Assembly: GCA_040954595.2 (NCBI GenBank)
Contig: CM082592.2
Coordinates: 9,225,677-9,289,676 of the forward strand
Length of the DNA: 64,000 bases
Direction of reading: 5' to 3'
Source of the DNA: Balanoglossus misakiensis
Lineage: Eukaryota > Animalia > Hemichordata
Shown here: one piece after another, positions 12,001-24,618 of the stretch
Layout: each line of letters begins with the position of its first letter
Position numbering within the stretch: position 1 is the stretch's first letter
The notes under the pieces: model-generated
What the model was told of the DNA's origin: nothing
Seen by the model: the letters and a program-made list of their open reading frames with translations, nothing else
The model's database searches: none
Position numbers and translations under genes: made by a program

Positions 12001-13672
12001 GGCCTCTTCTTAGTTGCCGCGCAATCAATTTAAAGCTGGCCTGATTCGTCAATGATGTTGTCTTACTGAACTGGCAGCCCCTGCAATTTACAGATAACTT
12101 TTTATTATTCAATTATGCCAGTGTGAGTAACAATTGATGGAACTACAGCTGTCTCCCCAAAGTGCTTAATTTCGAATTTATCGAGTATGCGGTAACCACA
12201 TTAGCAATTTTAATGCTCCTTTGCCTCTCGCGTGACCGAGTCCCTTTTGAACTTACGATTTCTTCTGCTGTTTGTGATTTCACTTTCTGGAGGGCGTCAC
12301 AAGTCTGGCACGCCATCTAACATCTGTCCAGAAGTGACGTTGACGCTTTAACGAAAACCCTACACATGACGTCAAAAATGTGCATTCTAATTGCAAGGTG
12401 GCCAATGTGAAACGAGACACCTGGTAACAGTAATATGTAATAAAGGTAATCGTTTCCCAGTTAAGTGGCATCGGGCCAGACTGTCAGAGAGTTGTTGTTG
12501 TAAAACATGCACCATGAAAGCAAATGCGTATACTGCAGGGACTATGAACCAATGTATGGTTATCTTCATGTTTGAGTTCTGAATCCTGACATGTTTACGG
12601 GCAGGAAGTCTCAACTTTGAAACTATTATTACTTAGTCTGAGAAATTTTTCCTCTGAAATAAATTGTATCGGGGAGATTATATTCAGCAGTGACGTGTAC
12701 CAAACTGAATAATAGTCAATTTTCAAACAAATTATATCGGCACCGGCCTTTTGATCTTGGATAATACCCAGTACTACAGTGATTATAACATGCAAATCCG
12801 CTGCATTTATCGCGTGCTCGTCAAATTGCAATGAGACGCACTTCTAAACACCGGCTTATACTAACACTGTGCAGTGAGTCGATGCGAGATATTATAATGG
12901 CCTGCTTGTCTGTCAAGGAATTTGTCATGATTTTTGAATAATACAGTTCATTTTCTCCATAGCTCTTCACTCTATTTTATCTTCTGTAGATTGCTTTTTC
13001 TCTGGCATTTATAAAAATCCTTTGCCTATGCATGGGTGTCATCCTCTCTGTAATATTTTCAAGCATGTTAATTTCACGGAAGAGTGAATAAGATAGTGAA
13101 CGTTAGTCAGTCCAATATTAGTTGGTTGATACGTTTGTAAACACCTCTGTAATTCAATGTATGAATCAAAGCGTGACATCGTCTTGCGCAAAAACAACTA
13201 AATGAAATAAATCATTTGGACTCTCACTGACATTTCAATTAACGGTTACATTATTTACACCATGAATCATGAATAATTGTAAACTGTCACAAGTTAAACT
13301 TTAGAAAATATGAATGTGCACAGATTTCATTGCTCTTACACTTGGAGTTATTTGAACATCTTCATCTGCCCGCAGGCCCCTTGGTAATAACGTTGGCTTA
13401 TCGCTGTGGATAACATGTTTGTTATCTATTGCTAACACAATTACTGTCTGTTCTGTTTCTATGTTGACATTTCCCAAGCTGGCCGATTCCTCCTAGGCCT
13501 CGTTGTACATACTTTCAGACGAGGGATTATTTGGAAAGATTAGGTTCATTTCTCGGAGCAGCCGATATTCCTGGCCTCATTAGAACGGCTGTCGCTCATC
13601 GAATCTTTCGCTGGTCGATAATGCATTCTGGGTTCAATCTTAATACTCGGTACTACATGTATGTTGTTACAT

Positions 13673-15751
13673 CCCTTACCAAATTTCCGAGTGCTCGGGT
13701 GCACCTCGGGTGCACCTAAAATACACCCAAAACACACCAATTGCACTTAGACCCACCCGTAACCTACCTAAAACACACCACTGTAAGATGAGGTGGGTTT
13801 TGGGTGGGTGGTCTAACCCACCCGAAATCCACCCCTACAACATAAACTGAATAGGTGTCTTACGGGTGCACCCGAAATACACCTCCTGAAATCAGCACTG
13901 GCCGTTAAGGCACCCAAAACACACCTGCTTTAGACTTTGCAACTTTTTCACAACGGGAAGGCACCCAAAACACGCCCGCTTTCGACTTTGCAATTTTTTC
14001 ACATCGGGAAGGCACCCAAAACACACCCGCTTTAGACTTGGCAACTTTTTCTCATAGGGAAGGCACCCAAAACACACCTGCTTTAGACTTTGCAACTTTT
14101 TCACAACGGGAAGGCACCCAAAACACATCCGCTTTCGACTTTGCAACTTTTTCACATCGGGAAGGCACCCAAAACACACCCGCCTTCGACTTTGCAATTT
14201 TTTCACATCGGGAAGGCACCCAAAACACACCCGCTTTCGACTTTGCAACTTTTTCACATCGGAAAGGCACCCAAAACACACCCGTTTTAGACTTTGCAAC
14301 TTTTTCACATCAGTTAGTTGATGAAAAATTATATCATCTGTTGAAGTTGGAAAATTTCTGAATATATTTTATTAAATAATTAACACAGCTCCAAGGAATA
14401 AAAAACATTTTTTTTATTTATATGTACTGGAATATCACACAAAATCAAGTTCTGTCTCTTTATTTTGGAGATCACGATTTTAATAAAAGTTTTCCACGAT
14501 TTATTCACCACAATCTACAACCCTTGCAAGTTGTACTGGCCGATGTACAATACTTGACTTTTGACCCGGGACGTCATTAACATACGTAACCGGATTGGTC
14601 CATTCATAATAACGTCATTGAACAGTCATACAGGCAAGTCCACATCGTAGACACGGAAGTCAATGTCGGAAAGCCATTTCGACGCAGTTTTAGCAAAATT
14701 TGTGAAATCGTTTCGTTGTTCCGACTACTTTAGGCGTCAGAGATGACGTGCGGATATCAAAACACGTAAGATCATGACAAGGGAGGTCAGTCACGTACGT
14801 TCATCGCGCGCATCGGTCGACGGGGTCATCACAATGTGGCCGCCATTCTCGATGTCAGTAAACGCGGTCGCATTCAAACACATCGCGTTTTGATATGACT
14901 CGGACGATTGTAAGTACCAAACGCGTTTTGAACGAACACCTACTCCTGTGGTGTGTCCATTGATAGCTGTTGATTTGACCGTACTCATTACAAGAAATCT
15001 CGATCGCCATTAAAGGACGATGATGCATGGACGAGCATCCGCGAGAATGGTTCATTCAAAATGGCGTGGACATTGCATGTACGTTGCATAATATCGTTCC
15101 CGGACAGAAATGTGAAGCAGCATGCCTCGGATAACTTTATTATTGCTGTGAAACCACTGACTATATTCTGATCACGGTGACCACATTTCCATCGAACTTA
15201 GTGTAGATTACAAGTGTTTGTACATAGCTAGTCGAACTGTACTATGTAGCTCTATCATTTTATCCTTCATTTTATTTTTACTGTACTGTACAAAAGAACT
15301 TTATTAAGTTTACAATTAGCAATATATTGACTTTTAGTTTTATTGAACAATAATTGTATTGGCTGTTTTTTTTCACATTGTGTGTGTGTGTGTATGAGCC
15401 ACTGCAGCAACTGCATAATTATACATCCATAATATCATTCAGGTGTGTTTTAGGTGCCACCTAAAGTGCACCCGGAGTATGTTGTTCCGGGTGCGTTTCG
15501 GGTGCATCCATACCATATCATACGGGTGTGTTTTAGGTGCCACCTAAGGTGCACCTCGGGTGTGCTCTATTTCGGGTGCCTTTTGGGTGCACCTATAATG
15601 CACCTGTTTTGTACACCCGAAACACACCTAAAGTGACCAATTTAAGGTGGTTTCGGGTGTGTTCTGAGGGGTGTGTTTCGGGTGCCACCTAAGGTGCACC
15701 CAGGGTGTGTTCTTTCGGGTGCCTTTCGGGTGCACCCGATTTTGGTAAGGG
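13673..15751. mobile_element. Non-autonomous DNA transposon with CCC termini and subterminal repeats (CACTA/EnSpm-like), in nAChR intron 1
   Basis: Left end CCCTTACCAAA (13673) and right end TTTGGTAAGGG (15751) are inverted repeats, with AT on both flanks (possible 2-bp TSD). Both ends carry many GGGTGCACCC/CACCTAAAACACACC-type repeats in mirror orientation (13690-13890 and 15440-15740). No transposase ORF. Confidence 0.8.
13907..14310. repeat. 51-bp tandem array, about 8 copies, inside the transposon
   Basis: Unit AGGCACCCAAAACACACCYGCTTTMGACTTTGCAACTTTTTCACAWCGGGA. CACCCAAAA starts at 13911, 13962, 14013, 14064, 14115, 14166, 14217 and 14268. Explains the 17-aa repeat ORFs on both strands. 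Confidence 0.95.
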
Positions 15752-16460
15752 ATTTAGCCGTGGAGGATTTGGGATGTGTTTTAGAGTCTGTGTCTAAATT
15801 GGGTACCCTTCTTTTATCGGTGGGCGATAATAATGAGGTTGTGATGACATAAATAATATACATTATGTTTGATATCAAAAACATTTCAATTGGTAGTAAT
15901 ACAGAATGGCTTCACCTATTAGGTTAACATCTCAATCGAAAGCACGTCAGTCAGTGCGCTCATGTTGATAGACCATCGAGCTAATAACACTCAAGTTTGC
16001 GCCCAGAGATTCAAAGGTCTGAAGATTCAATTTGCTTCCTCACCGGGATAGAAAATCTCTGCTCGCCAAACTATCTTTATCTTAATCCGCAGATCTCCGC
16101 TTGACATCATCTGACGTCTCATATGAGTCCATTGGTGGGGGGTTTCTAATCAAGTTACCCCTGTAGAGGTACATTTTGAACAGGAGACAAAATTGCGTTC
16201 AACGTCGGCGATTCGCTCGCTCTGCTGAAGGTGAAAATTGTCCTTCGTTCGAAGACATGCGCTTGTTGAAGTAAAATGAGAAAATTGAATTGAAAATGGA
16301 CTGTACTGATAACCGTAACATGCCAATGGGAATGCTGTCTTCGAGTGAAACGGGGACATTGACCGTGTAATACGAATCGCCCGCTACACGATAACCCAGC
16401 TATCCTTGTGTCCCCGTTGTGTGATATTTTACTCTGTGTTGAAATGTCCTTTACACTCAC

Positions 16461-16557
16461 CTGGCTGTTTCAAGTTTACTCCCGCGTCCATCACGATGAT
16501 TAAGGTGAGGATGTTTGCCAGGTTGGAGACTTGAATGTTCTGAAAAGCCATCACCAT
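16461..16557 (-). CDS. Probable nAChR alpha exon 1 (signal peptide)
   Basis: Translates MVMAFQNIQVSNLANILTLIIVMDAGVNLKQP, then G|gtgagt. A strong phase-1 donor matches the phase-1 start of exon 2, and LANILTLIIVM is a hydrophobic core. No homology support is possible for a signal peptide. Confidence 0.6.
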
Positions 16558-19500
16558 TTCTATTCCACGGCGAAGCACAAAATTCCAGCTGCGCACAGCC
16601 GCACTTTTTTCCAAACAGGGATGAACACAATGGACCGGTCTTAAGACGGATGCGTCAAAAAAGGGGCTTATCTATGCGAATCGTGTCGTCTTGTCCAAGT
16701 AAAGCAGCGCTCGTGCACGCTTGCACTCAGAAGCGATGATCATTGTTCGTAGACAGCGGTACTATTTCACGCAAGTTGCGTAATAACTGACTTGAGTGGA
16801 TAGAAGCTCTCAGTCCAGTAAATCGCAAATCACACTCGACGCCTCTTGACGAGAATTTCTATTAGGAGAAGTGGGTATGAAGGACGATCCAGAGTTTAGT
16901 TTTCTCCAGTCGCGATATACCGGTATCATAGACATGAAACGCTGACAAAATGTCGCCAGCCGCAGGGTTGCCAGATTTCATTTGTCCAAAATGGCTTCAT
17001 CTGTGGACATCGCTGATTGCATACAGCGACGGTGCGTAGGAGGAAGTATCTACAGGTTTGCCAAACTGATACATCGGGTGCGCGCACATCGATCGAAAAA
17101 TCCGGAATGCAATCTCCGGAGAAGACGTATCATTGCGAATACCTGTAGAGTATTTGAATATTCTTATACGATGTCTCACGCAAATCGGTTGCGACCAATA
17201 TCGCGGGGGTGTACGCCCATACTGAGGGGCGATATGCGACGCCAACAGTCTTTTGGGCAAAGACCAGCAAACTCTTAATATTCAAATTGCATGCTTACGA
17301 AATAACACGAATTTCTACTAAAACGCTGTAGTGTCGTCTACATCCGGGATACAAGCAATGTCATGTATACGGTGAACTGAGCAATTTTCAGAACCACTTT
17401 GTCGACTTGCTGCCCTTTGCTATGCCGTGACTATGCAATTGAGAGCCAATCTGTGGAAATATCTCAAACATTTCCTTTCCCCCTTAAGTACCGGAGATTC
17501 ATCAAGCCTTCGTCGCCACCAATCATTATTTTGTTTCCAGCTTTTATCATAAGTTCCTTACTGTAATACACTGATTATTATTTTCTAAGTCAACGCGCGC
17601 CGAGGGCTATGTGCACTATTCTCGTACTTCGCTGACAATGGGGACAGTCGTTAATGATAGGGATAACAATGTGCGACCGTACTCAGGGATAAATAGATGG
17701 AATATTTGGGCTATTACGGCGTATATAGGTTAAAGATATCCACTGATATACTTCCAGCATTTCCACATGTGTATCTCGCATTGTAATTAAGCCACATTGA
17801 CCACATCGGCAAAATAACCTAGCTCGAAAGTTCACCCGGCATAAATGTTTGAACCCATTTCGTTAATGGAAGGAGGCCGTATACTCCAAGCGAACTACCG
17901 ATAGTTTACGGCCATGTTCAAAAGCACTCTCAATGAACTCACGGTAATATATTAATTGAAGTCATCTGATCATGCTGAAAATCTTGAAAGAGCTTCTGGG
18001 AGTGAAAGGAGATAGTGCTGCATCTCCTGACATTGATCAAAGATCAAATGTCACCTCACCAATCCGAATACTATGAATACTCACACTCTTCTAATGTAAT
18101 TGGCCCTCATACCCACTAGATTACAATGTCGTTTTGGAGTGCATGTATCTGGTGTAGCCCTGCCATAGTTCAGATCATATTTATTAACCTCTTTCTGTTA
18201 AAGGTATACGGTCGCCTCCAATTTACATATGACACGCGCATTTGCCGGCACACGGTCTTGAATATCAACAGTCCTTGAAATCGATGATAAAAATCAATGC
18301 AACACACGACTGTCATCTCCCATCTGTGTAGTGCGCGACCCAGATTCTGAAGAGCACAAGAAATGTGATTCCGCGCATTTTCCACTTTACAATCCCATTT
18401 TCTCAAACAACCTTTTCGGCTAAGCGGTCATCGTGCGCTGCAACTTACAGACCATTAATTTTGATTTCCACGAATGTTTTTGACAAGGTAGGGCCGACAC
18501 TAAAATAACCCAACCAACTCAGCGTGATATGGCAATAAATGTGCCATATATTTTTTTACCACAAGAATGGATCTTTCAACAGCAATAACCATGCTTACTG
18601 ACACATAACGTGGCACGGAGCATTTACTATATTATGATATCGGCAACCACATACGATTCAGCGGAAATTCGCACTCATGACACAAACAAGATGACACCGG
18701 CATTATTTCATTGGGAAACCCCCCAAAAAGAACAGTTGTTTTATTCACATTACAAAGAACATGAACCTCTCGAAGTCGCCTACATTGCATAGTAACATGA
18801 AAATATTTGGCTAAATAGAAATATTACAGCCTAGTCCATGAGTCATATTTTCAAGTTGGAGAACTAGGCAACTGCAGTCGATGATAAATAAACGGAAAAT
18901 TTAAGCGTGTCGTTTTGTGGAGCTACGCATTTCGACTTATTGATTGTTCTGTTGGCCAGAGGTCTCTTGCCTGTTTTGTGCACAAACAGGAAAATACAGT
19001 GTCTATTCCTCAAGATACTTTCTTCATTTAGTGTTATCCTTTAGACACCAAAGCCTACATCCAGGATCCTGCCCGGAATATTGTCAAGTAATTGTTAATT
19101 ATCATTACGTAATGTTTTCTAGTGAATTATACGTTATACCCGTCTACCGACACTAATATTTCTGCCATTTAGGGGGCAAAAGTTATTCCTTCTTAACCTC
19201 TAAATTGAACAGTTTGACCAACAGAAAAAGTAATCCCCATAATATACAAATTACTTGTGAAAAATAAGAGTTACTACTGAATCGCACATTTTTAGGAAAA
19301 TAAAAAAAAAGATGAAAGTTGTGTTGACTTTCTTACTGGCTCAAAATTAAAAAAAAAATCACTTTCTCCCAGAATGTGCCAATCAATGCGTAAAGATCTG
19401 GGGTCATTTCGACTTTGGAAAGTTCCCAGTTCACAAGAGTCGACATACAGTTCTTGGGTTAGATCAGTTCAAGATCTAAAATGGATATCTCGGTAACAGA

Positions 19501-20768
19501 CGACGCTATTCTGGGTTTTATCATTCCATGGCCCTCCAAATCTCTGACCTAAAAATCACACGAAGACATCGATGGGATGCTGTTAACACTGTCGTCATTT
19601 CCATACATGTACAAATTGCACCACGTCACGTCGCACCAAGTTAGAAATCCATCGGCGAAACTTGAATAAGTGTTCTTGTATATCCCACAGCACATCACAT
19701 TGCCTATTTATCCTTTGGTTCCGCTGTGTTTCTAAAATAAAAAAAAGAACATTAGCATTTTTTACCACCATATGAGTCAGCAAAATTTAAATGAGCTTAG
19801 CCTAAAAAGATGAACGCGTGTTGACTTTTCTAAAAATGTTTGTCTTGCGTCAACGGTTGCGATCACGATTTAGTATGTAAAACCACTGAGGTATAGCTGA
19901 AAGATCATATCTTGCCCGTCTTGTGAACATAAAAAAATGGCTAGGGTTTTTACGACGTATTTAGTGTGTCGTGTTCTCCGTGAAATATATGCGCTGGTTG
20001 CCAAATGAGTAAATATTGAAAGTGATGTGTGCGCTGCCTTGACACCCCAAAGGATGCTAACACCTACCTTTCACACACGTGTCGTCTTGTAAGGGGGCAC
20101 CAGCTGGAAGTTAACTTTTCCCTGAAAAGCGATACATGGATGAAGCGTGATTAACAAGAATTGCATGGCCACTGATTAATTGCATAGATGTCGCCATTGC
20201 GGATTGCTTTCAATGGTCGAACGTTATCGGGTTGATCTATAACTGCGCATGTGTGTGTGAACACGCGCCATGACGTAACGCTGCAATGCTAGTGCAAGTC
20301 CAAACACTTCAAATTCACAACATGAGCTAAAAAAACATGCGAGCAGTAAGCCAGCAAGGCGCAGTGGGAGATGGGTAAGCTTAAAAAGCGCACAGCAACA
20401 CTGATCGTAAAACGGCAAAGCAAGGAAAACAACCAAATCAACGTCATGTGTCAACGAAAAAACAAATCTTGCGTAAACCGTTCTCTTAACTGGTAAAAAT
20501 TGAATTGGTGATTCTAAATTTACCTCCACTATCTTACTGATTCGTACTTTCTTCGTCCCAATCCTTCGTGAGCAGACACAAAGGGTGAAATCAGTTAATA
20601 CTCTTTCTTATACTACAATTCGGGAGCGTCAAAGCACATGCATTGGGGGGTATACACAGTAGTCTCATATTGTTAAATTTTGTGGGGGTTCATGCTTTCT
20701 AATTGCCATTTTAAGGGCAAAGCCGGATAGAGTACTGTTTATACCTAGATTTCCAAGCTTTTCCACTC

Positions 20769-20783
20769 TCACACCGAAGTTTC
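20769..20783 (-). CDS. GRID: GluD probable terminal exon 14 (ETSV-stop, class I PDZ ligand)
   Basis: Very strong acceptor tgtttctttctatgctttcttttctcag|GAA ACT TCG GTG TGA, in phase 0 with the exon 13 donor ACA AAG|gtgtgt. Confidence 0.65.
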   Translation of the reverse strand, partial: ETSV

Positions 20784-21224
20784 CTGAGAAAAGAAAGCAT
20801 AGAAAGAAACACAGGCTTAAATCGCAAACACAAAGCGTGGCAAACACCCTGCAAAGAAGCATATGCTAATAAATGAAATGGGATAAAGCCAGCAACAGAA
20901 AGCCACGTGACGTAGGATCAGAAGGTATGGGAGGGAGGGAGGGAGGGGTGGAGTGGAACGGAGATTGCGCCCTCAAACTTAATTAAACATAAATAATCAA
21001 TATGACGCCATCTTTAACTCAAACATAAATATTACTTAATAAATTATAGCTTATTGTCGAATCTAAAAGGTACATTTGACATTCGTCGATTCGTCGAGCC
21101 TGTTGCTGACGAAAACCGTGATCGAGGAAGTAGACCGAAAAGAGATGTGCTGGGGGTTTACATGTACATGCGAAACAAGACTGTTCCTCCCCCCCCCCCA
21201 CACACAACTCTCGTATACACACAC

Positions 21225-21474
21225 CTTTGTCTTAATACTTTTACACTTTTTCTTATAAACCGAGGGTCTGTGCCACATGTGCTCGATGATGACGGTGAGA
21301 AACGACATGGCCGCACCCATGATCAGGATGTAAAATACACCAGCCACGGTCTCCAGCCCAATGTCGCTGGTGTCTCGTGTGGAACTGGGCTCATCGTCGG
21401 GGCATATGCTCTCCCTTTCAAACCATTTTTTCCTCAGTTCTTCCAATTTCCCTTCCTCCTGCATCCTGAGGATA
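21225..21474 (-). CDS. GRID: GluD exon 13 (end of S2, M4, proximal C-tail)
   Basis: cttttcccccaag|T ATC CTC. Translates ILRMQEEGKLEELRKKWFERESICP...VAGVFYILIMGAAMSFLTVIIEHMWHRPSVYKKKCKSIKTK. The 3' boundary is inferred; read-through would end at 21063. Confidence 0.9.
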
Positions 21475-21534
21475 CTTGGGGGAAAAGAGCAAAATGAAAT
21501 TAATTCTCTATGAATCATCGCGTTGTCGTCGTCG

Positions 21535-21535
<1 letters not shown>

Positions 21536-21598
<63 letters not shown>
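21536..21598. repeat. (CAT)21 microsatellite in GluD intron 12
   Basis: Perfect CAT run preceded by several CGT units; source of the poly-His pseudo-ORF. Confidence 0.97.
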
Positions 21599-21705
21599 TG
21601 CCTGATTGCCTCTCCAGAAAGCATATTCCCGCTTGCTGTTTCTCCCCTTTCTTCTTGAAACTAAACCGAAAAGTTATAGACGAGAAAGGAGAAACTTGAA
21701 CTTAC

Positions 21706-22183
21706 TGCAGAGACATTTGGTCCCTGTACTCAGCCCCTTGTGGCGCTGCGATGCCATAACCCTTTAAATTGAACGGCTTCCCGACAGTCATTAAATCACA
21801 TTCCGTCTGCTTTAAGTATTCCAATATGGGCGCGTCCCACAGGAAAGCATAATCCTCTTCCTTGACCCGCTTGTACCCTTCCTTATCGGTCTGCACCCAG
21901 GGGGACGGGTTAGCGTGCGTCATCGCGTTCCACATTTTCTCGTACACCCCAACATTGGACCTTTTCTCGAAGAACCTCTGCAGACTGCTATCCTCGATGG
22001 TGCCGTACGCCACTTTGCTCTGGTACGCCAAGTCCTCGAGCGAATTGATCGGGTTCTCCATCCGCGTGACGGTCAGAAACGCGGCCAGGTTCGCCGTGTA
22101 CGTGGCAATCACGATGAGGGCGAAAAACCACCAGAACGCGCTGAGAATCCGGCCGGAGAAAGATATGGGTGTGGTGTCACCTC
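21706..22183 (-). CDS. GRID: GluD exon 12 (M3 gate, S2)
   Basis: tctcttttcag|GA GGT GAC...CTG CA|gtaagt. Translates [52 protein letters not shown]...YGTIEDSSL...[12 protein letters not shown]...GYGIA. Confidence 0.97.
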
Positions 22184-24618
22184 CTGAAAAGAGAATAGTT
22201 GTCATTCTTTAGTCGCCTTCGGTACTGAACGTGGCTGTTCCCATATTGATTCTACTTCCAGTCACGTGACAAAATCAAATCATATCTTCATCAGTGAAAG
22301 TAAATAGGATTTCACGAATCCTTATCCCAAACAAATATATCTCTACCCTATGAATCAATCAAACTGACACAAAATACAACTTTACCGTGTAATGTGTAAA
22401 GTGCTAGTCTTATGTGAATGTGAGCTGGTACTTGTTAAAAGTAGCGTTGCCGGATTAGCCAAGTAAATGGCAGAAGGTTTTGCATACAGTAAATCTATGC
22501 CTCCTGTAGTTACAATAAACTTACAATAAGAAAAATTGGTGACGTAATTAGTGTGGCGTCAACGTTTGGCATCGAGAACGGAAAGTGATATTTCCCTTTT
22601 TCATCACAGCCGCATAAAAATAATTAATTTGACCGGACAAGTGTCGTACCAGCGCACATTCATTTTTGGGGTTTAAATTATAAAGATATATATAAAGTGA
22701 CTTTTTTTCTAACAATACTCGTGCGTATATATAAACGTTGGTGCGTAAACTTAGCAACCGAGAGAGGGCCCGAAGATTCTGTGATGTATGAATTTTGCGT
22801 TGAAAGGAAATCACGTACATAAACTGTCGGCAATGGTCGGGAAATATCGCTTTCGATCGAGCTTGATGCCAGAGTGTTTGTTGTTGAGGGTCTAAGAAAG
22901 GGTCGTTCCTGGCGTTCGTGTGTCATAGTGTGCCGTACACCGTCGCAAGAGATGCAATCAGAGATATCACCGGCAATTAAGTATATATACGTGTTTTTAG
23001 TTGTAGTGGCTTTGTGATGGAGAAACACAGAATCGTTGGGGTCCATCCCTGGTCTTTTTTCTACAGAACACGACATATGCAAATATATAAGCTGCATGGA
23101 GAACTGCGCATGGTTGGAGTGGTACGAGGGGGAGAGTTTGTCTGGGAGAAGGGTGTATGCAAGTAGGGTGCATATGAGGGTAGGAATGGTGAGAAAATTT
23201 AAGAGCAGTTAACAAACGTTGCCGAATTAAGCAGTACCACTATGATAGTAATTAACAGTTCAGGAAGTCACCTATAACAAATTTGCACTCTTGACCAATT
23301 TGACCATTTTTGATCAATTTATCTTAAAACGAGACCCCGACCTCTGTTTCGCGTAATGTTTGCACAGCGTAAATGTGTATTTTCAGCGCGATGGCTCGCT
23401 TTGTGATAAAATATTTAACAAATATAGTAAAATCACACTTGGTGAGTTCCCGATCTGATTAATCAACAAAGTTTAACTAAAAAGAGGCATTAGGCCCATC
23501 ACCACAAAATGATACAAAGTGTTATTTTTGCCAGGAACACCTAACATGCAGATAAAGTATTGCCTTCGTGATGGCTGGGTCCAGCAATTCTCCATGGTGC
23601 CGCTAGACTCACGTTATGTACACGGACACACGTCAAACAGATGGAGTCGGGAGGGAGTTACACGCCGCGAAATTTGGCCAAAGGAGTAAAGAAAAACAAA
23701 TAGCGTGAGTTTAAAAAAAAGTTAATACCGGTAGTAAATAATATACCAATACGAAATGTGTTTAATGATAATGGTTGTAGACAAAAAAAATAATTGAGGA
23801 TGAGGGTCATATTAATGTGAATGACAGAGAAGTAAGCTTTTACCAAATTGTTCTGAGAAGATTTTGTAACGATAGTTGCTCAACTCATACTGAAGGGGCA
23901 TTGATCTGCTCTGAGCATTGGCCAAAACCAAAATTGTCTTGTTCTGTTAGCGACAGCTAATCTATGCCCTATAAAGGACTTATACAAGTATCAACACACT
24001 CAGTCTGAGCATCATGCATTTTTGTGTACCTGTGTAGATGGTGACTATTGTCAATATGAAAACTATGCATATGTGCACTTGACAAAAACGCGGGAAACTG
24101 GACCTTTCGCCTGCTTCAATAAAATAATAAACGACAAACTACAATTAATAAACAGTACAAAGATAGATACTAAAATACCACAATTTACTGTTTATGCCCC
24201 TTTAACCACCGACAGTTTAAGTTAGACAATGTAATTGACCTAAAACTGCCAAGGGACAAGCACTTGTTTGAGGTGTAACGGATTTGTTGCTGCAGCTAGA
24301 ATAATAAGACATTTTAAGTGTTAACAGACACTTCAGACGAACGTGTGCCAGCTCAGGCCTCGTCATGAACTAATGTTGCTAGACAAAGTTAATTACACAT
24401 TGTGGCAATTAAGATCATATCATTTTATTGCAAATGACAGCATCAAGGGTTGGTAAAGAATTTTTGTCTAAGAATAATATGGTTGGAATGTGTTCATGTC
24501 TTTAATTCCTGGGCAGTGCGAATGATACGCTTGTATTGCTTTTCGTAATATGCCCAGATGGAACTTGCACCATCTGCCCTGAAACTAATCATTCAACATT
24601 TAAACGACGGGGACTTAC

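Larger units (their letters stand above)
4901..16557 (-). other. Gene span: nicotinic acetylcholine receptor alpha subunit (Cys-loop cation channel), 6 coding exons, about 505 aa
   Basis: Exons 16461-16557, 8912-9057, 7325-7369, 6654-6763, 5210-6179 and 4901-5050 join in frame (1518 nt) via GT-AG introns. Cys-loop CSIDIEYFPFDEQRC, vicinal YPCC (alpha signature), GEK before M2 and four TM helices are present. Exon 1 is the least certain. Confidence 0.93.

Noticed and set aside
12387-12614. ORF containing a signal-peptide-like stretch (MKITIHWFIVPAVYAFAFMVHV) as an alternative nAChR exon 1
   Set aside because: No convincing phase-1 donor after the hydrophobic segment; the 16461-16557 candidate has one.
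13892-14361. Cys-rich 17-aa repeat ORFs; array superficially CRISPR-like
   Set aside because: Translation of a 51-bp head-to-tail tandem repeat with no unique spacers and no cas genes, in eukaryotic DNA.
21476-21658. Poly-histidine ORF
   Set aside because: Translation of an intronic (CAT)n microsatellite on the non-coding strand.
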